Assembly (NCBI GenBank): GCA_964359785.1
Contig: CAYHWL010000001.1
Coordinates: 2,422-66,421 of the forward strand
Source: an uncultured Methanosarcinales archaeon
GTDB lineage: Archaea > Nanobdellota > Nanobdellia > Woesearchaeales > JAGWAF01
DNA: 64,000 nucleotides
Direction: 5' to 3'
In this document: in pieces, positions 1-8,891 of the stretch
Numbering within the stretch: position 1 is the first letter of the stretch
Layout: each line of letters opens with the position of its first letter
Notes under the pieces: model-generated
The model's database searches: none
What the model was told of the DNA's origin: nothing
The model's input: only the letters and a program-made list of their open reading frames with translations
Translations under genes and position numbers: made by a program

Positions 1-32
1 TGGATTATCGTTTCGACAGGGACTTTTAGCAT
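1..32 (-). CDS. 5' end of a gene running off the window (MLKVPVETII...)
   Basis: ATG at 32 on the minus strand preceded by an AGGTGG SD-like motif; only 10 codons visible. Confidence 0.35.
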   Translation of the reverse strand, partial: MLKVPVETII

Positions 33-130
33 CACATACCACCTTTATTGAGGTGACACGGCTAGAATATTTAATTGTTTGGAAACGCGGTGGAATAACA
101 TTTATATAACCAGATGCCTGCAAGAATCTC

Positions 131-436
131 ATGCAAACAAGGGACTTAGGAGAATTGATAACTGTGGTCTTGTTAGTTTCATTTGTCTTGTCCATGCTCC
201 CGCAGTATTCGGGTGCCTACGCGGTCTCTATGAGCATCAGGGATCCTTTGAACGCTGATTCGAGAGGTATTACGACTAATTGCCTCACAGGTATCCAGCG
301 TACATACTGCACCGGCAGCATTCTATTCACAGATTGTTTAGACCAAAAAGAGGGCGTTGTGAAAAGATACTGCAAGGATGGTTGTTTCACAAATGGCATG
401 AGCCATTGCGGCAGATGGATTTCTGGTATCCAATGA
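131..436 (+). CDS. small secreted/membrane-anchored Cys-rich protein
   Basis: hydrophobic N-terminus, 6 Cys, TTTATATAA box about 25 nt upstream. Confidence 0.65.
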   Translation: MQTRDLGELITVVLLVSFVLSMLPQYSGAYAVSMSIRDPLNADSRGITTNCLTGIQRTYCTGSILFTDCLDQKEGVVKRYCKDGCFTNGMSHCGRWISGIQ

Positions 437-456
437 AGGTTTCCAAAGCAGGACTA

Positions 457-1575
457 TTAAGCTAACACCTTGATGTCCTGCGTGCTTGTTATGGTTTGTT
501 GTTGACTCATTATCTTTATCACAGCCTGATATGGTGGTCTTGGGGATTCCATTGTTCCTCTTGCGATATACTCGTCCGCATTGCTTTCAAGTGTATCGGC
601 ATTCTCGCATTTGTCTCCAAGGCATATCTGCGCAGTGAACTTGTCATATGGCACTTTGATCCTTGCGCGATAATCTGCTTTGTCTCCTTCTTTCAACGCG
701 AGCGCGGTGTTTCCCACTCCTGTGGAAGGCAGTCCATTGACCATAAATGAGGTTATCTCGATAGGCGCCGACGCTGGGATATACACTGCAAATGAGTACC
801 GGATAGGATCATTCTTGAGCACGCCTTTGACGTTGTGCGCATGGCTTGTTTTTGTCTCTACGCAAAAGGTGTAGACGCGGTCATCAGTGAGTGGATTGCC
901 CGTGCACGCGCCAAGCGTCCAGTGCAATCGGTCATTGTCTAGTGGGCCAATTATGTTGTTCACGCAGAGGCTAGGATCATTCCCGTTGCACTCATCTCTT
1001 ATTCTCTCTATGCCATCACTTATTGTCTTATAGTCCCCTATGTCATAATCTACCCTGATATGGAAATCATTTTCTCCAGACAATCTTCCTCTTTTGTCGG
1101 AATAGCTTATCACTATCCTATCATCGCTTGTCCCATAGACATCGAGCATGTCATTTTGCATCACGCTGACGTATTTGATTGGGATGATGGTCTCGGGATA
1201 TGACATCAGCAGAGGGTTCATGTTCTTGAGTATCAATTTGGATAATGTTTCAGCGGTTTTGGTGATGCATGTGCCTGGGCCATTGCTTTGCGTCGCGTAG
1301 ATTGGTATCCCTTGGTTCCAGCCGCAGGAGCTTGTTCCCATCATGGCCAAGTCGGATAGGGCATCCCTTACTGCCTCTTTGGCGGACAATTCGACGTAGT
1401 AGTGCGCATTATCAAGTTTCATCTGGGCAAGGAGAAGTTCGCTTTGTTCGTATCCTATCTGATTTGTCTGTCCTTGCAATTCCATTTTTTTCTCTGTGAT
1501 CACGAAATATGATTGCACTAGTAGCACGATAGTCAGCATGCATACCAATATGGTGAAGAGGAATCCTTTTTTCAT
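457..1575 (-). CDS. class III signal peptide (pilin-like) surface protein
   Basis: MKKG|FLFTILV followed by a hydrophobic helix; Cys pairs; ATGA overlap with upstream gene. Confidence 0.75.
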   Translation of the reverse strand: MKKGFLFTILVCMLTIVLLVQSYFVITEKKMELQGQTNQIGYEQSELLLAQMKLDNAHYYVELSAKEAVRDALSDLAMMGTSSCGWNQGIPIYATQSNGPGTCITKTAETLSKLILKNMNPLLMSYPETIIPIKYVSVMQNDMLDVYGTSDDRIVISYSDKRGRLSGENDFHIRVDYDIGDYKTISDGIERIRDECNGNDPSLCVNNIIGPLDNDRLHWTLGACTGNPLTDDRVYTFCVETKTSHAHNVKGVLKNDPIRYSFAVYIPASAPIEITSFMVNGLPSTGVGNTALALKEGDKADYRARIKVPYDKFTAQICLGDKCENADTLESNADEYIARGTMESPRPPYQAVIKIMSQQQTITSTQDIKVLA

Positions 1576-2180
1576 GGTGCCCTCTGGAGTGTCACTTTGG
1601 CGTTCTTACCATCGTACAATGGCACAAGGACGCTAGCGCTGTGCTCCTCTTGCACCACGATGGTCCTCCTTGTGCTTTTGAGTGTTGATCTTATCCCACC
1701 GTCTACACCTACATCGATGTGTACATCTGCGTATTCATCGTAAGGCGGATAGTCGACTGATATTGTCGCCCTGCCAGGGATGTGGACCGTGTCTTGTATC
1801 ATTGGTCCAAGAAAGTATGTCTGTGTCGCACGATCTAGATATCCGCCCATGTCTCCTTCATAGGGCATGGCAAGATTGGTGATGAGCATAGCGACATTCA
1901 CGCCTTCCCATATTTGGGGGTTCAAAGATAGTGTCCTGCCAAGTTTCTCATCAGTTTTTCTTAGCGTGACATCAATATCTGTTGACAATGGTGTCTTGAG
2001 CACAGCCATGAGGCTTTGGTGCGCTTCAAAATCAGTTATCTGACTGCTCAACATATTTGTCTCCACACCCGACAGATTTGTTGTGGCAAATAACACTGCA
2101 GCGAATACCAAAGCAAGGACAGTGATGACCACAGCAGTGAAATCCCCTACTGTGCTGGTGACAAAACCTAGTCGGTTCAT
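1572..2180 (-). CDS. pilin-like protein, probable class III signal peptide
   Basis: MNRLG|FV followed by a hydrophobic helix; translationally coupled. Confidence 0.7.
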   Translation of the reverse strand: MNRLGFVTSTVGDFTAVVITVLALVFAAVLFATTNLSGVETNMLSSQITDFEAHQSLMAVLKTPLSTDIDVTLRKTDEKLGRTLSLNPQIWEGVNVAMLITNLAMPYEGDMGGYLDRATQTYFLGPMIQDTVHIPGRATISVDYPPYDEYADVHIDVGVDGGIRSTLKSTRRTIVVQEEHSASVLVPLYDGKNAKVTLQRAP

Positions 2181-2656
2181 TGTTGCATCACCACTTCTAT
2201 TGTCACTTGGCTTGCACGGTCGCCAGGATCTTCATGTATGACCACAGGCATTGTGATTTTCTTGTAGGATGGCCCCCCCTTGATGTTTATCTGTTCTATC
2301 ATGTGTCTAAAATCATCCTTATGGTACCATCTTATCTTGTCTTCTACAGTCACTTTCACTCCCACTGTATTTGGCCGGGGATATGCCATGGCCTCATCCA
2401 TCATTGTGTCAGTCTCCTCATTTCCTAATTTGTCCCCATCAAGCACACCGGTCTGTGCGCGTAGGGTATAAGGGTCCACATAAGTGAGTTCATGTATGGC
2501 TCTTGCTGCGATTATGTCCATCCTGGTCTCTCCAAGTTCAATATTTGTGGGTGTGTTGAGCGCTATTATTCCAGCGATAGCGCTCACTACTGCGATGAGG
2601 AATATGATGCTCCATATCCATCCAATTGTCCAGCTTGCGATTGTTCCTTTGTTCAT
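2177..2656 (-). CDS. pilin-like protein, class III signal peptide
   Basis: MNKG|TIA followed by a hydrophobic helix; ATGA overlaps on both sides. Confidence 0.7.
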   Translation of the reverse strand: MNKGTIASWTIGWIWSIIFLIAVVSAIAGIIALNTPTNIELGETRMDIIAARAIHELTYVDPYTLRAQTGVLDGDKLGNEETDTMMDEAMAYPRPNTVGVKVTVEDKIRWYHKDDFRHMIEQINIKGGPSYKKITMPVVIHEDPGDRASQVTIEVVMQQ

Positions 2657-3645
2657 GTCTCAAGTGTCATGCGGGTTATACGCAATGTTTTTTGGATTAG
2701 GTCTGTTGTTAGTGATGCGTCCAAGTTTATGCTTCCTATCTCGAGATACACTCCATTCTCTGCAAATTTTAGTATCTTTTTTGTGTCTTGGGCAAGATCA
2801 GGGTCGATTGGCATGGGGATGGCGTCTATCCCTTGCGCGCGTAGTGCGTTTGCGAGATGGCATGCCACGGCTGCATTCTTGGGAAAATGCAGGGATGTCC
2901 CGTCATAATCTATTATGGCTTTGTTGAGCAGATCCCCTGTGTGTATGCTCACAAGGGTTAAGCCGCTTGTTTTGATCGTTTCCTCTCTTTGGGTGGATGT
3001 GAGATATTGATCCTTCGAGAGACTTCTTGTAGTGGCAAATGTTCCCATCCCGGAGTCTAACGCGGCGGTCCTCAATATTTCAGCTTCAGTTTTTCCGGCA
3101 TTGACTTGGCCTGTGTCTACGCCGCTTGGGTTCGTCCACATCCCTCCATGTCCGATATCAAGGATGTATTTTTGGGATTCTAATTTTGGGCAGGTCAATG
3201 AGTCTAACAACATAGTAGGTTTAGTCGATATCATGCTTATTTGGTCGCCGTTTCGCATGAGCGTCATCCCTAAAGGTTTTAGCACATCCGTTGATGTGTA
3301 CTTGAGTTTCTTGCTGCCAAGATAAGGCGCACGCGTCTGTCCCACACTGGCGCGGCCGGAATTCATTGGGGTGGTCTCATATACTAGCACATCATCAGAT
3401 AGCCGGTAATTGAATTTTTCAAGTGATGGGGGGGTGTAGAAGAGCGCTGTGTTTTCCGCCAGGGGGATGACACTTAGCAATAACGCCAGATCGTTGGAGA
3501 GATATGTCTTTGCGAAGTAGGTGTTTTCTTGTATGGGTTTTAGGAATTGGCCGTATAGCACGACGCCTACCATCAGCACGAGCCCTATTTCGAAGAGCAC
3601 CATTGTGGTGTCGAAAAGTTCTGTCTGCGCCCGTCTGTTTAGCAT
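2653..3645 (-). CDS. pilin-like protein with C-terminal N-acetylmuramoyl-L-alanine amidase (Amidase_3-like) domain
   Basis: start reassigned to MLNRRA|QTELF (ATG 3645); motifs ILDIGHGG, KTEAE, TTR...R, LVSIH, VYLEIG in Amidase_3 order. Confidence 0.75.
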   Translation of the reverse strand: MLNRRAQTELFDTTMVLFEIGLVLMVGVVLYGQFLKPIQENTYFAKTYLSNDLALLLSVIPLAENTALFYTPPSLEKFNYRLSDDVLVYETTPMNSGRASVGQTRAPYLGSKKLKYTSTDVLKPLGMTLMRNGDQISMISTKPTMLLDSLTCPKLESQKYILDIGHGGMWTNPSGVDTGQVNAGKTEAEILRTAALDSGMGTFATTRSLSKDQYLTSTQREETIKTSGLTLVSIHTGDLLNKAIIDYDGTSLHFPKNAAVACHLANALRAQGIDAIPMPIDPDLAQDTKKILKFAENGVYLEIGSINLDASLTTDLIQKTLRITRMTLET

Positions 3646-5591
3646 TTTTCCCCCAGTTGGAAGTGCGAAGGATTCTTCTTGTTTTTTCCAAATCCGTTGT
3701 GGCACATCGACTCTTGTAGGACGGCAAGTGTTGTTTTCCCGATTGGTTCGACATCGACTGCGGTTCCAGCGCCATGTCCTGCAGAACAAGTAGGCATTGA
3801 TTCAGTGTGTCCTAGCAAGAATGATTTCTGCGCATTTTCTTGTGTTTGATATGCCAAAAGCACATTTAGCCCATAGCTTCCTGTGCTGCTTTGTTCTGCG
3901 GCTTTCGCGGAAAGGCTGCTTCTGGCGCCATTCAATGCCTTGACTAGTTCTGGGCTTCCCCGGCAGTCTTGCGCGTTGCAGTCGACTTCGATGTTCTTGA
4001 GTGCAGGTTGTGGACATTTGACTGCGGCTTGAGAGATCATCTTATCACTCAAGAGATCTTTGCACATCTTGAACACCTCATCATTGAGGATGTTTCTTGC
4101 GCATGCTTCTTCAATTATGTCTCTTATCTTGAGATTAGATGATTTATCAGTTAAGACAAGCGTGTTATCTATTCTAAGCGCGATTGCGTGATGAGTGATA
4201 GCCAAGACGGGCTTGTCTGTTCTTTGATATGACATCCCAAGGTATCCTTCTGCCAGGCCAAGATTGCCTGATTCCTTGTGCCGCGTCAGGTATTCTGTGA
4301 ATTTCGTGATCGCCAGTTTATAGTCGCCAGAATCAAACGCGCTTCTTGCTAGCAGCATATCCACGCTCTCGACTCCGCCAGGTAATCTCGTCACCTCACT
4401 TTCGACAGTTCTTATCAGATTTTGGAGTCGTGTCTGTGTCTGTGTATTTGGGGTTGCGAATCCTTTTGCGGTCCGCGCAAGCGTGCTTGCCCGTATCAAG
4501 GCATCTTTGCGGATATCTGTATTCTCGGTCTTGCTTGCCTCAAGGTAGAAACTTAACGCGTCCACAGAGACGAGCGCACTTGGTCTGTCAGCGTCTTGCA
4601 TTGGGACATTAGGGAACCCGAATTTGGGATAGAGATCGACTATGACAGCAGGTGGACTGCGCAGTGCGGCGGTTAGTGTATCTCCCGCGATTATCCTTGT
4701 CTTTGCGACGAATTCGGATTCATCGCCTCGTAGCTGCCAGACTAAGCGCAAGTCTTTGAAAAGTCTCTCATATGCTCTTTGCGCAAGTAGATTCTCAAGG
4801 TCACTGATGTCTGTCTGGTATTTGATGCGCAATGTCTCCGAACGTTTCCTCTCCTGGGCCCGATCGCTTCCAAAGAACATGTAGGTCTGTCCTTTGTGGA
4901 TCAATTTCTCGAGATACACTATACGAGTCATCGAGGGTACCGTTCCCGCCGCAGGATCACATGCTCCAAAGTAGACCAAATCGCTTGGTTGAGGTTGATA
5001 ATCAGGCACGGCGAAATTGATGAGTCCGGTATCCACGGCTCCACGATAATTGTCTACTTGCGGGTCGTCTAGGATTTTCCCGCTGTCTATCCTCTCAAAA
5101 GCGCCTTGCCGGTAATCGCTTGAGTATAGCACGTCTGCGTCTATTGTCCGGCATGCCGGGTTGCCTGTTGGGACCCTTTGTGAAGTGGTGGTGATCTTTA
5201 CGCGAGTGCCAGTGACTGTGTTTATGGTCTTTTGGGTATCATAAAGACAGACGCATGCCTTGCCATGCTTGCATCCGCTTGGTCTAGTGAGTATGAATTG
5301 TTCTCCGCAAGCTCCACTCACGGTCTCTTGATTCTTGCCAAATCCCACAAGCACTTTTTCAGGATCTACGAAATATGGTATGGTGGTCGTGCTTAACGTT
5401 TTCTTATCTAGTGTGAGTTCGGTCATTTTGGCGGCGAGCGTATTTAGGTTCATCTCGCTTGTCTCGCTTTGCGCTCCAAAGAAGATGTCATACACGCCTC
5501 CTCCAAATATGAAAAGTGTTGTGATGGTCGTGAGCATCAAGGCTAACACAGCCAGCTCCAATAATGATATGCTCGTGACCCCTCTTTCCAT
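3639..5591 (-). CDS. pilin-like protein with TPR repeats and C-terminal M15-like (D-Ala-D-Ala peptidase fold) domain
   Basis: MERG|VTS plus hydrophobic helix; TPR-like ARSAFDSGDYKLAITKFTEYL...YLGMSY; C-terminal AYQT..AGHGAGTAVDV..M..GF..NPSHF. Confidence 0.7.
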   Translation of the reverse strand: MERGVTSISLLELAVLALMLTTITTLFIFGGGVYDIFFGAQSETSEMNLNTLAAKMTELTLDKKTLSTTTIPYFVDPEKVLVGFGKNQETVSGACGEQFILTRPSGCKHGKACVCLYDTQKTINTVTGTRVKITTTSQRVPTGNPACRTIDADVLYSSDYRQGAFERIDSGKILDDPQVDNYRGAVDTGLINFAVPDYQPQPSDLVYFGACDPAAGTVPSMTRIVYLEKLIHKGQTYMFFGSDRAQERKRSETLRIKYQTDISDLENLLAQRAYERLFKDLRLVWQLRGDESEFVAKTRIIAGDTLTAALRSPPAVIVDLYPKFGFPNVPMQDADRPSALVSVDALSFYLEASKTENTDIRKDALIRASTLARTAKGFATPNTQTQTRLQNLIRTVESEVTRLPGGVESVDMLLARSAFDSGDYKLAITKFTEYLTRHKESGNLGLAEGYLGMSYQRTDKPVLAITHHAIALRIDNTLVLTDKSSNLKIRDIIEEACARNILNDEVFKMCKDLLSDKMISQAAVKCPQPALKNIEVDCNAQDCRGSPELVKALNGARSSLSAKAAEQSSTGSYGLNVLLAYQTQENAQKSFLLGHTESMPTCSAGHGAGTAVDVEPIGKTTLAVLQESMCHNGFGKNKKNPSHFQLGEKC

Positions 5592-5647
5592 GCCAAAATC
5601 AATGCCGATTTTGATTTATAAACTATTCGACGAGAGAAACAATATCT

Positions 5648-6139
5648 TCAAGGGGGTGTTGGGGTGAGCACGAAAGCAGGGATCTTGCATGGAGGCATAT
5701 TTTGGATGGCGCCCTGCGACTCTTTGCACTTGCCTTTCATATCTCTTTGACAATAGCTATCCTTTGAGTTCCATGGGTCTACATCGCATGCGTCGGGCAT
5801 CCCATCTTTGTCATAATCACATTGGTTTGACCCTCTTGCCTGTCGCAATTTATCTCCGGTTGAACCTGCCCCTTTCTCGGCAAGGATGCAAAAGTCGCAT
5901 TTATCAGGTGCGCAGTCTCCGTCTTTGTCATCATCTGTTATTTTACATTGCTCGTTTTGCTTCACGCCAAATCCGACACAGCTCATATATTGTTGATGAT
6001 ATGTCAATGGTTGAGTGTTTGCGAGTATCACATTGCTCTCCTTTGAGAGGAATGGAATGATTATGATCATGAGAAAGGCGCCAAGTATGAAATATACTAT
6101 GCTTCCGACAGTCATCTCTACGCCGCGTCGATTCATCAT
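5648..6139 (-). CDS. pilin-like protein with thrombospondin type 3-like Ca-binding motifs
   Basis: MMNRRG|VEM; DKDGDCAPDKCD and DYDKDGMPDACD; ATGA overlap at 6136-6139. Confidence 0.75.
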   Translation of the reverse strand: MMNRRGVEMTVGSIVYFILGAFLMIIIIPFLSKESNVILANTQPLTYHQQYMSCVGFGVKQNEQCKITDDDKDGDCAPDKCDFCILAEKGAGSTGDKLRQARGSNQCDYDKDGMPDACDVDPWNSKDSYCQRDMKGKCKESQGAIQNMPPCKIPAFVLTPTPP

Positions 6140-6378
6140 TTTACAAGACAGCATTTTTGTTTTATTGAGGCGACATCAGGGCATACGAATTGTTTTGCGG
6201 GCACAGCGCAATCAGAGGTTTCTGCCATGCAGGCCCCGTTCTTCTGCTCGCAGCTATTCACGTTTGTTTGGAAGTTTCCTGTCTGTTTTGTGAGGATTAG
6301 CCCCAAAACAAGCAACACTAATAACACGAGCACTGCGATGACTATTGTCGATAATGCCAATTCTTGTCCTTTTCGCAT
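6136..6378 (-). CDS. small type IV pilin-like protein
   Basis: MRKG|QELALSTIVIAVLVLLVLLVL, 6 Cys ending CC; paralog of 8565-8846. Confidence 0.8.
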   Translation of the reverse strand: MRKGQELALSTIVIAVLVLLVLLVLGLILTKQTGNFQTNVNSCEQKNGACMAETSDCAVPAKQFVCPDVASIKQKCCLVK

Positions 6379-6413
6379 ATGAATTCACTTCCAAAGTGGG
6401 TTTTTATGTCTTG

Positions 6414-6563
6414 CTATGGTTTGAGTTTGCTGATCATGTCCACCCCTCCTTGGGCCAAATTGTAGGGCTTCTGTCCGAATATGTACAACAAGATCACAAC
6501 GGCTACTAGCATCAAGATTATCTCGATTATATGATCCATGATGATATTGCCTTTCTTGTTCAT
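6414..6563 (-). CDS. 49-aa mini-pilin (not in ORF track)
   Basis: translated by hand: MNKKG|NIIMDHIIEIILMLVAVVILLYIFGQKPYNLAQGGVDMISKLKP; ATGA overlap with 6560-6709. Confidence 0.75.
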   Translation of the reverse strand: MNKKGNIIMDHIIEIILMLVAVVILLYIFGQKPYNLAQGGVDMISKLKP

Positions 6564-6709
6564 GGCATAAGCCTCCATCCGGAGACAATCGTCTTGAATC
6601 CTCCTTGTTCATATGCGAGAATCATTAATAGCACTAGCAATAACACGGCCACAAGGATGAATTCGCCAAGGTGATCCATTACGATGCTTCCTTTATGGTT
6701 CCTTCCCAT
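6560..6709 (-). CDS. 49-aa mini-pilin (not in ORF track)
   Basis: translated by hand: MGRNHKG|SIVMDHLGEFILVAVLLLVLLMILAYEQGGFKTIVSGWRLMP; paralog of neighbour. Confidence 0.75.
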   Translation of the reverse strand: MGRNHKGSIVMDHLGEFILVAVLLLVLLMILAYEQGGFKTIVSGWRLMP

Positions 6710-6744
6710 ACCTTTCCAATGAGATCCAATCTTCTTAATGATTT

Positions 6745-7659
6745 CTATTTAGTGCGCACTTCAGTGCATCCCATCCTCTCCAAAGAATTTCTTTCAAGCG
6801 GAACGAACCATACGCTTGAATACCATTGGAATTGGGTGCTCTTCACGTAGGTGCTTAGCACGGTGGGTATCATGCTTCCTAGGGCCAGCAGTCCTCCTTT
6901 GAACTGCAACGCTCCCCCAACAGCCACCCCCGTGTATTGCAACATTGCCACGCCTGTCCACGCACTTGCTGCGATGACAGCCCCTCCTGTATACATGACT
7001 CCAAGGCCCATGATAGCCCCAGCGGCAGGAATTAGCGCCGTCTGTAGTGTATCAGTGAATACATCAAGAGAATCTCTTCCTTTGGCATGATAGAATATGA
7101 CCGCGTATTGGTCTTGTTTTGTCGGATCTATATAGTCTGCTGTTTTATGTTTCTCGAGCTGGCTCAACACCTCATTGGAGAATGTGGCGACACCTGCAAG
7201 TGATTCAGCGTAAGTCTTGGTCGATCCTGGTATCTTGGTAGAGAATAGATAACTATTCATTCCCGCTAACGTATTTTTCTTGTCAGAGAAATCGACATAG
7301 TCGCAGATCTGGCAATAAGCGCCAGGTCCACCATACAGTTCCAGTTTTCCATTGCCAAATTGGTTAAAACAAGTCATCATCGACTGTGCTATCCGCGTTT
7401 TAGCCTCCCTCTGACTGCTTTCACTTGAAAGGTCCCCGATCTTCACATTTCGGACAGGACAGTTGAGTTTTGCAGGAAAATCATAGAGTTTGGTGTGGAA
7501 GCTTGCCGCGGTGTAGACGCTGTCCCTGCATTTCTCATAGGGTATCCTCTCGTCGATAGCTTGTTGGACGTTTGAGAAGTATATCATTGCCATCAGAAGT
7601 ATCACGACAGTGACGGCCAGAGCCACGACGCTAGGCATCGTTATGTCCCCTTTTCTCAT
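6745..7659 (-). CDS. pilin-like protein with Gly/Ala-rich hydrophobic C-terminal insert
   Basis: start reassigned to MRKG|DIT (ATGA overlap at 7656-7659); shares LNCP/YCxxC pattern with 7656-8384. Confidence 0.75.
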   Translation of the reverse strand: MRKGDITMPSVVALAVTVVILLMAMIYFSNVQQAIDERIPYEKCRDSVYTAASFHTKLYDFPAKLNCPVRNVKIGDLSSESSQREAKTRIAQSMMTCFNQFGNGKLELYGGPGAYCQICDYVDFSDKKNTLAGMNSYLFSTKIPGSTKTYAESLAGVATFSNEVLSQLEKHKTADYIDPTKQDQYAVIFYHAKGRDSLDVFTDTLQTALIPAAGAIMGLGVMYTGGAVIAASAWTGVAMLQYTGVAVGGALQFKGGLLALGSMIPTVLSTYVKSTQFQWYSSVWFVPLERNSLERMGCTEVRTK

Positions 7660-8384
7660 TTTGGCTCCGTTGACAGTTGATAATATTCCTGACAAGCTAG
7701 ATTTGGTACGGTTTCAGTGGGTACAAACACGAGATGGCTCTGCGGTTTGTCATCCACTATCCTGCTTAGAAAGACGATCTCATGGGGTACTCCTTTTTGT
7801 ATGACACTCAAAGGTCGGACTGGCGCGTCCTGTCCAGGTAATGGGATATCGTTTAGCACCGGATTGAGGAACATATTTATGACAGAGAGTTTTCCAAACG
7901 AGGTGTCCAGATAATCTGAATATGTGATCTTGTCGTTTCCCAATAGTTTTGTCTTGGCAAGGTATTGTTTCATCTCTCCGACGGGTACGTCGCTCCCAAG
8001 TGTTATCCGTGAACAATCCAGACAATAGATTTCTCCGCTTCGCACCATCCGTGCCAGCTGATTCTTATTCCCATTCATCTTATCCCAGCAGTTGCGTAAT
8101 TCTTCGGCGATTTTTATCTTGAGTTCAAGATTCTCTCCATTGAGTGTCAATTTATTATAGGGGCAGTTGAGCACAGGCGGGTTGAATCCTTTCTTGAAGA
8201 GGCTCGATCCTGCTCCAGTGGGTTCGAGATAGTTGCTCCGCAGAACCACGCTTGTTTTGCACAATAAGGAGGGTGTGGCTTCATTCACAGATCCTTTATA
8301 CCATTGCGTCACGCCAGCTAGACCGATGATGACGACTAGCACGATTATCATCTCGACCAAAGTATACGCCTGTCCTTTCATCAC
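7656..8384 (-). CDS. pilin-like protein, class III signal peptide
   Basis: MMKG|QAYTLVEMII; conserved Cys pattern shared with the downstream paralog. Confidence 0.75.
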   Translation of the reverse strand: MMKGQAYTLVEMIIVLVVIIGLAGVTQWYKGSVNEATPSLLCKTSVVLRSNYLEPTGAGSSLFKKGFNPPVLNCPYNKLTLNGENLELKIKIAEELRNCWDKMNGNKNQLARMVRSGEIYCLDCSRITLGSDVPVGEMKQYLAKTKLLGNDKITYSDYLDTSFGKLSVINMFLNPVLNDIPLPGQDAPVRPLSVIQKGVPHEIVFLSRIVDDKPQSHLVFVPTETVPNLACQEYYQLSTEPK

Positions 8385-8491
8385 GGCCCCACTAGGATTT
8401 TCGAGAATATGAGCCCTATGATGATGATGACTATCGATGCTAATATCATCATGACTAGTGACATCGATCCGCCTTCAACGACTTCAGACAT
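8381..8491 (-). CDS. 36-aa single-TM peptide (not in ORF track)
   Basis: MSEVVEGGSMSLVMMILASIVIIIIGLIFSKILVGP; GTGA overlap with the next gene; TTTATA about 25 nt upstream. Confidence 0.6.
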   Translation of the reverse strand: MSEVVEGGSMSLVMMILASIVIIIIGLIFSKILVGP

Positions 8492-8564
8492 GGGCTATTG
8501 GGCGTTTTGTCGATATAAATATGTTTGCAGAAAAAATAGAGATGAAAAATATCAAAGAGAAGTT

Positions 8565-8846
8565 TCAGGCTTTCGATTTACAGCAACAGCGTGAGCCTTC
8601 CTGCACATCTGTGATGAATGCGCTTAGCTCATTTTCTCCGTCAAGACATGCCGTCCCTCTCACTGTCCCGCTCTCAAAATTTCGGGATTGACAGTTCGAT
8701 AAGCATGTGTTGGATTCGACTTTGGAGACCCCACCGCCGAATTTTGCTAGTTTTCCTGTGAATATCGCCACTAGGACCACTAGTACGATTAGCGCGATTG
8801 CCGCGACAACGATGACTGTGACTGATAATTCTTGTCCTTTTGCCAT
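8565..8846 (-). CDS. type IV pilin-like protein (candidate major pilin)
   Basis: MAKG|QELSVTVIVVAAIALIVLVVL; own TATA box upstream and T-rich tract downstream. Confidence 0.8.
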   Translation of the reverse strand: MAKGQELSVTVIVVAAIALIVLVVLVAIFTGKLAKFGGGVSKVESNTCLSNCQSRNFESGTVRGTACLDGENELSAFITDVQEGSRCCCKSKA

Positions 8847-8891
8847 ATTGGGGGATTCCGATATTCGATTATATAAACATTACGCCTGCGC

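Noticed and set aside
6385..6612. 75-aa ORF from the track
   Set aside because: Shadow of two better 49-aa pilin-like ORFs in other frames
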